A DNA stretch of 63,458 bases, filler included, from Octopus bimaculoides (lineage: Eukaryota): assembly GCF_001194135.2 (NCBI RefSeq). It is 5 parts of 5 records of this genome, joined end to end, with 100 filler letters (N's around TTAATTAATTAA, not from the genome) between each part and the next. Parts side by side here need not be neighbours in the genome. Positions count along the whole stretch, not along the records: positions 37,463 to 57,060 come from NC_068982.1; 4 more parts are not named here. One strand, written 5' to 3'. The notes below the pieces were generated by a model. The model was not told the DNA's origin and searched no databases. It saw nothing but the letters and a program-made list of their open reading frames with translations. Shown piece after piece: positions 39,801-53,449 of the stretch. The stretch's first letter is position 1; each line of letters opens with the position of its first letter. The translations under genes were made by a program, and so were the position numbers.

Positions 39801-40037
39801 AGAGTTTAGAATACAATTTACCATAAACGTACACATATCAACCACGATGACTACATCCTAAGATATGTCAAGCAACTAGTGGCTGTTTTTCTTAATCTAA
39901 ATCAAATTGTTAAAATATAATACAATGAATTTTTTTACGTGCAGAGAATATTAATGCAGAAATCAGTTACAAATGTTAAAGCTTTTAGAACTGTGTAAAT
40001 CTACACCTTTGTGTGTTACTAATATTATTGTTTTCAT

Positions 40038-40450
40038 TAAGGCAGCGAGCTGGCAGAATCGTTAGCACGCCGGGCAAAATGCTTGGCGGCATTTCGTCCG
40101 TTTTCACGTTCTGAGGTCAAATTCCACCGAGGTTGACTTTACTTTTCGTTCCTTTCGAGGTCGATAAAATAAGTACCAGTTGAGCATTGGGATCGTTGTA
40201 ATCAACTTACTCATTTCCCCGTAAATTGCTGGCCTTGTGTCAAAATTTGAAATCAGTTTTACAATTTCCATTAAGGCAGCGAGTTGGCAGAATAGTCTGC
40301 ACGCCGGGCAAAATTTTTAGTGCCAGGGTAGACTTTGCCATTCATCCATTTGGGATCGCTTAGATAAGTACCCAATGAGCACTGGAGTCGACTTAATCAA
40401 CTCCCACTCTCCCGAATTAACTGGTACCGTGCCAAAATATAAAAGCAATA
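40038..40450 (+). mobile_element. Two SINE family A copies in direct tandem; the second has an internal deletion
   Basis: cattaaggcagcgag[c/t]tggcagaat starts near 40037 and 40270. Confidence 0.85.
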
Positions 40451-42844
40451 TTACTATTTTCTTTAATTTTATATTGTACACGCTTATTTATTCATGAAAC
40501 CCGGTGTTACTATAATAGTTTCTATTCTTCATTATCTTTTATTTTTTTTGCATTTTATTCTTTTATTTATTTTCCTATTCTCCATTTTCTTAAACTTCAA
40601 GTCCTTTAATTTTCCTTTTTTAAGTGATTATTTTCCTTCCAAACCTCGCCTCCTTCAACTCATCGTCCGCTGTTCTATTCAACTTACTATTCAATTACTT
40701 CCCTTATCCTATTCCTCTCATTTTTCCTTTATCTTCCATTAATTGTCCTCTTCTGACAATTTATTTATTCCTTTGTTCTTATTTTCTGCATGTTTACATT
40801 TTCCTAAAGCAGTTTTAATTAGGGTTGCTTTATATATCATTTCCATACGTCTTTCGCTTTTTTTTTTTTTATTCGAAAGATTATTGGAGCAGAGAAACTC
40901 AGAATATGGTTTTGTGAACTTTCTAGCCACCAATGAAATCTAACAAAACTCTGTTTTTAGTATTGAGTACATGTACACTACTTCTTCTCACGTATACGTT
41001 GCCTACATATGTATGCGTGTAAGGGTGTATGTGTGGAAAGCAAGAGAACTATAGAGAGGTAGACAAAGAAAGAAAGATACATAAATACACACAGTTACAC
41101 ACACACGCACCAATAAATGGACAGATAGAAATAGTGTATACCTTAGGTGTGTGCGTATGTATGTGTGTGTGTATGTACGAGTGTATATGTGTGTATTTGC
41201 GTATATAGGTGTATATTTGACGTTTGTATGGATGGTTGTGCTTGTGTGAGTTTACGTATGTGTGTAACTGGGTGGCTGAGTAAGAATGTGAATAAATCAC
41301 TATTCGTTTGTGAATGGTCTCTCTTTCTCTTTCTCTGTGTTCGCTTGGGATATTTCCAAACTTAACGAAATTGCATTTTACCCGAGTTGTGTTGCTTTGT
41401 TGGGTCAGTGAAGCGGGTAGAAGCAATTAGTTGGAACACAAAGCAACTGGTAGATCATGGCTGCTGAGAGACTGGAAAGTTTTATGGTCCATCACTCCGA
41501 GTCAACTTGGATGATCAAGCTAGTGCACCTTTACCTACCAACATAAACAATTTGTGCTGTCTCTGTCATTGTTGCTTTCACTCTGTGTGTGTGTGTGTCC
41601 ATATATATCTGTGTGTGTGTATTTATATCTATTTATCTATCATACACATACACACACATATATATGTGTGTGAGTATATATATATATATATATNNNNNNN
41701 NNNNNNNNNNNNNNNNNNNNNNNNNNNNNNNNNNNNNNNNNNNNNNNNNNNNNNNNNNNNNNNNNNNNNNNNNNNNNNNNNNNNNNNNNNNNNNNNNNNN
41801 NNNNNNNNNNNNNNNNNNNNNNNNNNNNNNNNNNNNNNNNNNNNNNNNNNNNNNNNNNNNNNNNNNNNNNNNNNNNNNNNNNNNNNNNNNNNNNNNNNNN
41901 NNNNNNNNNNNNNNNNNNNNNNNNNNNNNNNNNNNNNNNNNNNNNNNNNNNNNNNNNNNNNNNNNNNNNNNNNNNNNNNNNNNNNNNNNNNNNNNNNNNN
42001 NNNNNNNNNNNNNNNNNNNNNNNNNNNNNNNNNNNNNNNNNNNNNNNNNNNNNNNNNNNNNNNNNNNNNNNNNNNNNNNNNNNNNNNNNNNNNNNNNNNN
42101 NNNNNNNNNNNNNNNNNNNNNNNNNNNNNNNNNNNNNNNNNNNNNNNNNNNNNNNNNNNNNNNNNNNNNNNNNNNNNNNNNNNNNNNNNNNNNNNNNNNN
42201 NNNNNNNNNNNNNNNNNNNNNNNNNNNNNNNNNNNNNNNNNNNNNNNNNNNNNNNNNNNNNNNNNNNNNNNNNNNNNNNNNNNNNNNNNNNNNNNNNNNN
42301 NNNNNNNNNNNNNNNNNNNNNNNNNNNNNNNNNNNNNNNNNNNNNNNNNNNNNNNNNNNNNNNNNNNNNNNNNNNNNNNNNNNNNNNNNNNNNNNNNNNN
42401 NNNNNNNNNNNNNNNNNNNNNNNAGATGTGTCTCTATCTGTCTGTGCTTATGTTTGAATGTGTGCGTGCTTTTATGAGTGTAAGAGGATGACGAGCAGTT
42501 AGTAACAGAGAATGACTGGGAGATAGAAGGAAAAAAAATGTGCGTAAGTAAATGTGTTTATGCTTTTCAGTTATGAGATTGTGTGTATGCATTTATTGAT
42601 GGCACAATACATAAGCAAATATAGGTGTACTTGTGTGTGGAGGCGTGGTTTTGTGTGTACATGTGCGCGCGCGCCCATGTGTGTGCATATGTGTACGCAT
42701 GAGTACTCATCCTAGATGCCACATAATGTGTGGGAGAACGACAGAGACAAAGAGTTTCTAATACATACTTATGTAGCTATCTTGAAAGACGAAATGTATA
42801 TGCATATACACACACACATGTATATGTATATATATATGCATATA

Positions 42845-42877
<33 letters not shown>

Positions 42878-43363
42878 GCACACACATACACATGTTTATA
42901 TACATATACACACACATTACATATATATGTATATGTATGTATATATATATANNNNNNNNNNNNNNNNNNNNNNNNNNNNNNNNNNNNNNNNNNNNNNNNN
43001 NNNNNNNNNNNNNNNNNNNNNNNNNNNNNNNNNNNNNNNNNNNNNNNNNNNNNNNNNNNNNNNNNNNNNNNNNNNNNNNNNNNNNNNNNNNNNNNNNNNN
43101 NNNNNNNNNNNNNNNNATATATGGTTCTATGTATATAAACGCTTATATACTTTTATATTTGTGGAAGTGTATGTGTGAACGTATGTATGTATATGTGTGT
43201 AAAATGTCGCAAAGTTTGTGAAGATATAAGACTGTTTTGGTCAATTGAGCAGAAAAGAACTACTCACATCGTTTTTAAAAGTCGAAGACGAATTAATTAT
43301 ATACCCACATAGACGTACTGTTGCGTTTTAAAACACCACACACAGACACACACACACACACGC

Positions 43364-43399
<36 letters not shown>

Positions 43400-44409
43400 A
43401 CACATGCACACATATACACTAATACTGGTCAATTGTAAGTCATCTTATAAGATTTTGTTTTTAGAATTTCGTCTCCATGATATAACGAGCGTTGGATTTT
43501 TCTATAATGTTTGTTCAAAATCGCTAGCAAATACTAAAACTTTTATGCAGCTGAAAATAATGTTGTTTATTTTCTTGTTTTTACTTTTCATCGTTTGTCT
43601 GTCGGTTTGGTGGAGAGGAAAGATTTTGGTTATGTTCCCTTTTTTTCTCCCGTGGGTAGCTAGATGTAAAAACATGAGAATATGAGAATATGAGAATATG
43701 AGGGAGTGAGAGTAGTTGTAAACTTTATCGAAAGTTGTAAATGCATTAATAAAAATTGGCCATTTAATGTTCGACGAACCAAATATATAAAGAATTTGTA
43801 AATAACAATAACAACAGCTTTGCTTACACAGTGAACTATAAAGTACAACAGAACAAGTTCGACTCTGGGAAAAATAAAAGTTATTGTAGGGCTACTTTGA
43901 GAGAACTGTGCCTTCGCCTCCGAAGAATTCATATATAAACGGGAAAGGAAGAGGTTAACATACGCTTGTGTTGCAACATAGACCTATCTGTCAGAGAGAC
44001 CTGAATAAGCCTAGATAAAATATGAACGGTTGTACGGGATGAAAATATTCCTTGGCACAACCAGCTATAATGGCTTCGAATTTTACTTTTAGACCATTTG
44101 GTACATCCGTATTTTGACAGCAATACAATAGGGTCTCAACCATCAGTCATAGACTGAAGTGGAGATGCAATGTGGTAAGAAAATTAAGAATCTCGGTTGT
44201 GTTAGTGGCAGATTCATTAAAGTCAGTTATAGAGCAAATTGACTTTTGCCATTTAGACTGGACCGCTACTTGTTAAATGGTTGTGGTATCAATATCACGA
44301 ACTAAATAATTTTTTTTTTTTTTTTTTTTTCGCTAAGATATCCTGCTCAGAATGTCATTCATAGTCTTCACACGCCCATGAGAGTTTTAAATAAAATTTC
44401 AGTAGCATT

Positions 44410-44930
44410 TCTTGATAAATGTTGAAGAGTTTTCCCGTTGTATTTCTATTTTGACATCTCCATTCTCAAGGAGTGCCCGACCATCGGCCCCAGTTTGCAA
44501 ACTGGGCTGCGTGAAAACTTCATTAAGTGTAACTCTCATATTGATGATAGATGAAGCTTTACCTCTCATTTCCGAACCTATGATTCTCTCAACTCCCCAT
44601 TAAGAGTGGTTGAGAGCCTCAAGCGTAAATCTGGGAGCTATTTTGCACTTGTCTCATATTTGCAGCTTAACCTGCTTCACAACCTCTATCTGTTGAAATA
44701 TTTTTCAATATTACACACAGAACTGTCATTGCATGCAATGTTGAATGGCAGCTTAAAAGCAGAATGAGAAGACCTACTATCGTCGTTGTATTCCAAATGA
44801 AGCTATTTCTACAACGATTTGCTCCAACAAACGATTTTTTTTTACCAAAATTAGATTGGTGAAAAATGTGTGCCTGTTCCACCAGAAGCACAATGAAAAC
44901 TATCTCTTCGAAGGTAGATGTCGCCATTTA
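44410..44930 (-). mobile_element. Very decayed RTE-like LINE C-terminal remnant
   Basis: LEALNHS*WGVERIIG...RVTLNEVFTQPSL...RWxGHSLRME resembles RRILG..SNEEV..RWLGHVLRM, but frameshifts must be assumed. Confidence 0.4.
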
Positions 44931-47037
44931 TATGACTCGTGTATCGTATCATATCATAACTGAAACCAAGAAATATTAATTTTGATTAAGCAAATTATTT
45001 CATTTCCGAAGCTCTCCAGAACAGTTGTTTCTTTGAAGATGCTGGGGTGTGTCACAATACATTAGAAGACTCCGCAGTTACGCATTCTCCAAGTGAGATT
45101 AGGACCTTCTTCTCTTATTTTCAGTGCCTGCTCGCCGTCCATTCTTCGGCGACTTTGAAAATATCATTAGATCATCACAACAGACATACGATATCAAGCA
45201 CAACTGGAGAAAACAAAAAATCACACGCAGCATTTATCCCTGTCGTGTAGAACTAAGCACTAGTCTTCGTTCAAAATTCAGTATAGTTCATGACTGTCAA
45301 GGATCTTTATTAATGTAGACTGCAAACTCTAATGCAATTTCAATTTTTAGTTAACCATCTATATTAAACAAGTAGAACATTATGTCCAATCCAATTAAGT
45401 TATTCCGTGTTGAATGCAATAGCTTCAATATCAGCTTCCACTTTCCTATATTGCGCTTTCTTTGTGGCTTCTGGAAACGTTTGTAATGTGTAAGGTAATA
45501 TCGAAAGAAGCCGGTATATCAGGCCTATCATAAATATATGATAACCAGTTATGCACATACAGACAAAATATGAAATTATAAGATCAAACCACATCGCTAC
45601 AAGAAGAACATGCAAAAGAACTCAGCACTTCTTTCGTTTTTTGTGCTTAATCCAGATGATCCTAGCACAAAAATGTCATCGGCGGAAGGATAATCTATAA
45701 GCATAAATACAATTTTGTACGCTGTTAATGACAACAAGCAATTCTAAACATTATTACATACAACACCCGGAATCAGTTCAGGAACTGTCCTGACAAATAG
45801 TCTAGAAAAGCACACCAAAGCAACCTCGAAAAGAAACGAATTAATATAAACAACCACGAATATCGTGTTATACAAAGAAACGGAGATAAAAGAATTCAAC
45901 CAGACACAGACTGATATATACTTCAAAATTGATGAACCTGACAGAGAACATCGTACTCAGGAGAAAGAAAAGGATAGGAAAAAATATTACATTCTCATCT
46001 TAAAGCTAAAAGAAGAAAAATGAGTGCATTTAGAATATTTCAATCAAAATCGGATTGATACAGACAATATTTATCACGAATACACAGAGGTTGAATTCTT
46101 CAAATTATCAAATAGCTATTATGGGGTCGCAAAAATTTACACGCTCTTTTTTACTCGCTTATTAATTTCAGTCTATAGACTATGGTCATGCTGGAGCATC
46201 GCCTTTATATTTTAGTCAATGAAGTCGGCTCCAGTATCTTATGTTAAATTTGATCCTTATTCTATCGGAATTTTATTTCGAACAGCTAGGCATACATACA
46301 GAGATAATGCATGTGGGTTTAGATACCCGCTTACAGTTATTTGTATCCTATTATTTCTTAAAGCATACATTTTTAATCATCTGTACGATATTTTACAATA
46401 GTTTTATAGTTGCAAAAAGAAAATAATAACCAGTTTATGTTAGATTATGGGGGAACACTCTAAATACAACATAATTTTTCTTGTTTTCTTGTATAGTCTT
46501 GCTAATTCATTTAGCATCCAACTAAATTATTTACTACCTATAACCTCATAATTTTCTTTATAGCTCTGTTTTAAGCATTAACGCTTATATGCAAGTCCTA
46601 TGATTTACTTTTGAATCTGCACGTTTACCTATTGAACACTGTCATGCATAAGTATTTGTAAGTCTGTGATTGGGCTAATTCTCTAAGCTTTGCTGCCCTG
46701 TCCAACATAACATTAGCGTTCTTCTCTTAAAATTCGCGTCAGTGCATTTTTTAAAGCTCATTTTCATTGTTATTTCAATAAAAACAATTCGTGTATTATG
46801 TGTGTTAGCATTTCCATTTCTTTGCAATCTACACCATTCAGCTTGAGATTGGTCTTATATAAGCATTAGATGATTATTCTCCCATAGCATTCCTCATTAT
46901 TATCTTGTCATGCGCAGCCATTGAGGAAAATACACAATAATTATTGCGTGAGAGCAGAATCTTTAAAGCGCCTAAGGAATCAACTATGCCCTCCAAATTG
47001 CTGGTCTCAGAAACCATGTCTTTGGCAAATAAAAGAA

Positions 47038-50000
47038 ATTATTATTATTCAGTGTTCTTATTTTTATCGCGTGCTTTCACTGCACTACCAAGTGAAGCTC
47101 GGTGTGCCTTGGGTATGTGTTGCAGTTTGTTGTAGTCCTCCTATTTTCATCTATGGAAAGTGTTTTACGTAGGATGCATAGTAATGCTATTATCTGCATG
47201 TTATATACATTTGTGAGACCTGGCATTTTGGTTACGTATTTGAATGTTTTTTTTAATGATACCTAATGCACCTATTATCATAGGGACAGTTTCTGTTTTT
47301 AGGCTACACATTCGGATTACATCTTTTTCCAGTACTTTGTATTTTGAGAGCTTCTTCGTTTCTTTTAGAGATACATTGTCATCTGTTTGTACTGATACAT
47401 TGATTTACGAGTTTTTTTTTCTTTCTTGTTGATCTACTAGCCTCGATATCTCTATCTGTATGCATTGGCATATCTCAGAGTAGGGTTGCTTTTTCATGTT
47501 TTCAGACCTTTTCTGGGGTGTGTCTATACAATCTTTTTTCTGTTGTTATTCTATAGTGTTGGCATAGCTTCCAGTGTTTTTTAATCCCAACTCTATCGCG
47601 TCTGTGGATATAATGCTTCTTAGCCAGAGACAACCAGAGACAATATGGGCAACCAGAGACAATACGATCTATTCTTTCTTCCCCATCACCACATACTCTG
47701 CTGTTACTTGTATGTTTCTTCATTATATGTCTTTGGTGATTTCTGGTGGGGGAGGCTTTGATTGTGTGGTACAATTAAAAATCCTTCAGTCCCTGCTTTG
47801 AGTTCTGAGCTTCTCAGCCATTGTTGAGATTTTGCTTTATTTATTTCTTTTCTGTTTAGCTTATCCCAATATGTATCATGGAAGGGATTTTCTTGCCATC
47901 GTTTTATCATGATACTTAGTTGTTCCAGTTTTAGTTTGGATGTCAGTTGTTTTACTGCTTTTGTTGTTTCTTGCTTTTGTTTTGGGTTTTTTTTTTTTTG
48001 GTTTTTCTTTTCATAGTTTTCAGGCACTATTACTACTTTCTTGTAGTTTTAAGCTTCCTTAAACACAGAAAACAGTTTCTTTTTTGTTTTGCTTGTGCTT
48101 TGTGGATGTTTGCATCAATTTTCCTTGCTTCTGAACTAGGTATTTTTGTAGTCCCACGGTAGTTATTTTATCATAGTTTTCTAGTCGTATAAGCCCTCTA
48201 CCACCTTCAATCCGTTGTATATATAACCTTTCTATGTCAGATTTTAGGTGGTGCAGCCTAAATCCTGTCATTATTTTTTCTTGTTTTCATGTCTAGTTTG
48301 GTTAGTTCATTTAGAGTCCAATTAAGAATATTGTAGCTGTAACTCATCTTGTTTTTTGCACTGAGCTCTGTTTCAATTATTAATCTAACTCGTCTATAAT
48401 ATTCCTTTCTTATTTACTCTTTCATTTGTGTGTGTTGTACAGTATTTAAATCATTGATTCCTAAGTATTCAAATGTCTGGCTTTAGTCTAATATGTTATT
48501 TCATTTGCTTTATCTAGTGTGATATTGTTACCCTTAACTAGATTTCCTCTTTTCTAGGTTGCTGTGTTATATTTTTCTAAGCCACATTTCATGTTATTTC
48601 TTTGGTAAGTCCATGCTTTGTTGTTAGTAAAGTTTCCAGCTGTTTGTCATTTGCAGCATGCCATTTTAGATCATTCATATACAAGAGACGATTGGTTGTT
48701 ATACCGTAGCAGTTGTATCCACATCTAGTCCGGTTTAGCATATCACTTAAAGGTTTCAGTACCAAGCTGAAAAGGAGTGGACAGAGCGTGTTCCCCTGGA
48801 ATATTCCTCTTCTAATGGGAATGGCTTTAGTTTTTAGGAGTCTCTTTATTGTCTGGAGCTGCATATAATTTGTGATTATTGGTGTTACTTTGTTCATGGC
48901 TAGTGTTTCTAGGATCCATGTGTGGGGAATACTGTCCAAAACCTTTCGATAATCGATCCAAGAGCCTTCCCTTTCTTCTGGCAGTCTTCACTTATGAATT
49001 TACTGGTCAAAAACTCATCTTTATAGCCATATGAACCTTTGCATCATCCCGTCTTCTCTGGAAACAAGGTGTTTTCTTCCTGCAATATTATTGCAGTTAA
49101 GATTGTGTAATTTGTAAGGAGATATTACTCATATGTAACTGTAGTTTTACGGATATTCTGCTTCAATGGATTTGGGAATTATATTAGTTTTCCTTTTTAT
49201 GAGTCATTCCGTTTTTGTCTATGACTCTATCAGCATCTCATCGAACTTATCTGCCAGCGATTCATGTGCCCCTGTTAAATATTTTAACTAGAAATCGGGT
49301 GTCTTGTCTTGTCTTATCTTAGCGCATTTATAATGCCTGGGTTACCTCTTCCGTTGTTACAGGTGTCCACAGCTGTTCAGGCGCTGTGCTTGTTATTTTA
49401 ATACATCTTTTGGTGGGTAGTTCCTTCGCTGCTCACACTTCTTTCCAAATTTCTCCCACTTCTTCTGCTGCTGGTGCTGCATTGATCTCTATAATACTTT
49501 TACCAGGTTTTTGGTAGAATCGTTTTGAATTGAAGTTAAACTGCGAGATCTTGCTTTAGCTTTTCTTTTATCTCAGACATATCTGGTTTTCTTATTTTAT
49601 ATTTCTGTAATATTTTTCTTTCTTTTTGCTTTGTAGTGTTGCTTGATTACTAACTTCATTGAGGATTCACAGATCTTTCCTTTTCCGTTTTTCTTTCCAT
49701 ACCCTTTGCTTATGTTGAGATACTCCTATTGGAATGGAATGGAATGGATTTGAAGGTATACCCATTCTCCTTTGGGACCAAAGAAGCTGCTGTATATATT
49801 ATTTTATTTCGTCTGGCCATATTGATATTTGCTTCTGTTGCGATTAATTCTGTGACGACCAAATTGTTCTTTTATTGTTATTCTAGTCTTATTAACAAGT
49901 TTTAGTTTTGGGAAGTACATTTGGTGGTTTATATTGAGTTCTTTTGTCACTTTTATTTCATTAATGGTACTCATTTTTAAAGCAATCATTTACAATTGTT

Positions 50001-50200
50001 TCCGATTTCATTGTCTCCAGTTCTTCGGTTTGCTCCACATTCTTTCTCGTTTATATTTTTCTTTTGTTGTTCACGTTTCGTGTATTTTGATCATCATTGT
50101 TCATTCCTAGGATTTGGAGTTTGTTTTTTTTCGTTACTTCCTTCGTTGTTGTTGTTGTATATGCTATGTCTATCTTCATGTTTTATATCCCTGTACTTAT
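47038..50200 (-). mobile_element. Long (~3.2 kb) decayed R4/Dong-clade non-LTR retrotransposon with 3' UTR and (AAT)4 end
   Basis: GCKGSYGYKD; IDYRKVLDSIPHTW; RRGIFQGNTLCPLLF; LLYM(N/D)DLK; SDIERLYIQRIEGGRGL; CRVCGDGEERIDRIVSGC; RHDRV..IHWKLC; VPMIIGALG. Many stops and frameshifts. Confidence 0.9.
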
Positions 50201-50279
50201 GCTACTAATAATTATTGTTCTACAAGTACTATTTGCGTACTATTATTATTGCTGTTGTTCTTATAGTTATTATTGAAAG

Positions 50280-50485
50280 TGACAAGCTGGTACAATCATT
50301 TGCACGCCGGGTAAAATGCATAGCGGCATTTCGCTTAACTTTTGAGTTAAAATTCCGCCGAGTTCGACTTTGCCTTTCATCATTTCGAGTCGATAAATTA
50401 AATACCAGTCGAGCAACTGACGTCGATGTAATCGACGTAATTCGTCCTTCGAAATTGCTGGCCTTGTACCAAAATTTGAAACCAT
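50280..50485 (+). mobile_element. SINE family A copy with (CAT)n then (TAG)n tail
   Basis: Family A core; arrays at about 50483-50585. Confidence 0.85.
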
Positions 50486-50510
50486 CATCATCATCATTAT
50501 CATCATCATC

Positions 50511-50554
<44 letters not shown>

Positions 50555-52619
50555 CCAACAACTTTACCATCATAGTCATCATCATCATGTGCTTGTTGTT
50601 CTACAAACATTCAAACTTTGCTATGTAACCAATTCACACATGCGATATTTCACCACCAACACGCAATATACTCACTCATGTTTAGTGTATGATAACTTAA
50701 ATCTTGATAACTATCCTCATTTCATTGGGTTAGTGTCCAGCAGTCTTTTTCAAGTCTATTCTTCTGATACAATTCGGATTCTATACATTTATGTTGTGTT
50801 ATTATGTGTTCACCTATGAAGTTTTGTGAATATCTCTCATCGGAATTTTATAATGTTTCTTTGTTTCTTTCTCTCAGTTCTGTTGTAACGTTATGTTTAT
50901 TGGTTGCATTTTTTATATATATATTTTGAAATACGGTGATTCTTCAGAAATACACAGTAATTTCTCAGATATACAAAATGGATATAAAAAACCTGCAGTG
51001 TCTTTACATTTTATTTTTTCTGTATCAGCAAAGAAGCATTCTATGTCTAAAAAAAAAAAGGAAAATATATTTTCACCATTCAATTTCAATGAAAAATAAC
51101 CATCAATTTCTAACATAGGCAAGTGACTAAATATCTTTGAAGAAGGAAGAGACAACTATATCGACTCCAGTGCTTGACTGGGTCTCATTTTATCGAATTC
51201 AGAAACAAAAAGTCATCCATAGCGGAATATGAGCACACGACGTAAATGAATGTAATATAATATGTTAGGGTATTTTTTCCTCGGAGCTCTTGTCATTCTG
51301 TCATCTCACCACCTTCGTCGAATAGAAATATTGAATTCAGTTATTGCAACATTTTTCATCATTAATTGGATACATACATGTTGCTTCTAAAATCTATGTT
51401 TCTAGCTGTGTTTATTGGAAAATTATAATAGTTCCTTCATTGTCTAACAGGAATATTTAACGATAAATGTTATTTCATTTCAAGAAAATAAATATTTTCT
51501 GCGGCTGTAACTGGACTGAGTCGATTCAGCATTTTATAACATCTCATTCTATGTCTACTGCTAGATTATGGTGAGAAGCTATTGATCTGATATACCGATC
51601 ACGAACAATTCCCCATAGATTTTATCCCATCATCAGTCTACACATTTTACTTAACTCATTTTCTTTTCCTTTTTTTTTTCTTTTTATTTATTCGTCTATT
51701 TCTATTGAACTATTTCTGTTACACACTACATCTGAATCAATTACTTATCCATTCATGTAACTGCTATATGCTATGGAAAGCTGTTGCAAAAATTTCAAAG
51801 TCTCTGACAACTGTTTATAACACCACACTTTGTGTTATAAGTAAATCATGTCATAGTTTCATTTTAAGTTTTAGTTTAGCGTCGCCAAAGCACAGGTACT
51901 GCACATAAGAAGCAAAACACAAAACCTCAGTTTCTCACGAGTAATATACAACTAAAAACCTTTTCGCTGAATATTGATACTAGCTTCTCACATTCACTTT
52001 GGGGTCAAAAGGTTCATAGTGAATGGACTACTTAAATATATAAAATATATTTAATGTATACAATATATATTCATGGATAGTTAAAATACGGAGGTAGTTT
52101 GTACACATTGTGCTAAACATATAACTACTCTAAATGGTATTCAATAAAATGTTGTCCAGCTAATTCGATGAATACTGTTCCATTACCAGAAATGCATGGT
52201 TATTAGAACATTGCAAGGTTGTTATAAATGGTAAGACTACATTTTCAAACAGTAGCAAATTATGCTAAAAAACGACAAACCAAAATTGATGTAATTGGGT
52301 ATCAGCCTATGCTTCTAGATTGGTTCAATTTTACTCTGAATCTCATATGATATATTATGAATCTTGGAATTTTAAAGTTTTAATCTAGTAAGTAGAAGTA
52401 TGTTAGAGAATATATATATTTGCAAGCGGTCATCCAAAGTGGTATAATACTCTACATGCTGCCTCACTTATCAAGCCTGCTCAACTTACCACCGACCAAG
52501 AATTAAATTTGAGAAAATATAATAAAAATATATATTTACATATTGAATTCTCGAAACTGCTTGGCACAGATTCACCATGAACTCTACTGTGCATGCACAC
52601 TAAGTTTTAACGTTTTAAT

Positions 52620-53290
52620 TTCCTTCCGTTGTTTACAGCAATGCTTGCAATGAAGAAGTGTATCGTGTGATCGTTGCATTGACCATGACAGAGAAGGTTG
52701 AGAAGAAAATCTGCATCGAATTTTACCAAAAGCTTAGCGATACCTGCTCAGAGGTCTACACAAAGTTTTCAAAACGTTTTCATCATTCTCCACACAATCA
52801 AGGATATCTTGTGCAACTGAAACCCGAATGTCGTTTTGGTCAGTGGAAAGCGGTTTTGGCACAAACTTGGCAAACACGGGTCTCATACCCGAACATTCAG
52901 TGATAATGGACTGAACTAAACCGTAACTAATCTTCACATCCTTTGATAACTCACGGATGGTGATTCGATGATTTTCCCTCGCAGCTGCACGCGCATCTGC
53001 GATTGTTTTCTCAGTTCTCTCGGTTGCGGGTATCCGTTGCGGGTATCCGTTGCGGGTATCCGTTGCGGGTATCCGTGGACGTTCGTCAATATCGACATTT
53101 CTTCTGCCATCTTGGAAACATCTGAACCACTTGTACACTTGTAGATGACTCATACACACCTCTCCATAAACGTTTCGCAGCTTTGCGTAGGCCTCCGAGC
53201 AGGTATTGCACTGACAACTTTCTCTGTCATGGTGAATGCGACGATCCACACGTTAGACACCTTCCTTGCAGCCATAGCTGACCTGACTTC
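52620..53290. mobile_element. Rearranged mariner: short plus-strand 5' end fused to a longer minus-strand 5' half
   Basis: Plus strand MTEKVEKKICIEFYQKLSDTCSEVYTK. Minus strand MTEKV[del]..TCSEAYAKLRNVYGEVCMSHLQVYKWFRCFQDGR..ITIRELSKDVKISYGLVQSII..FAKFVPKPL..ENDENVLKT. Confidence 0.85.
53023..53074. repeat. Four perfect copies of the 13-mer GTTGCGGGTATCC inside the mariner ORF
   Basis: Units start at 53023, 53036, 53049 and 53062. Confidence 0.97.
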
Positions 53291-53449
53291 TTGAAAGTAA
53301 AGAGAATGTGTGACTGTATTATCACTGATAGAATACAATGTCGCAAAGATATATCCCAAGGCAACAACCTCTTTGTGATGCTGTTTACGCTTTCTCTAAA
53401 CCCCTTGTCATTCAAGTTCGCATACATGAGGTTGATAACATCAAACGAC

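Noticed and set aside
45130-46200. Hydrophobic short ORFs suggesting a membrane-protein pseudogene (45400-45615, 45744-45926)
   Set aside because: T-rich strand bias yields hydrophobic translations, no diagnostic motif is present, and weak RTE-like hints are equally plausible. Undecidable without a search.
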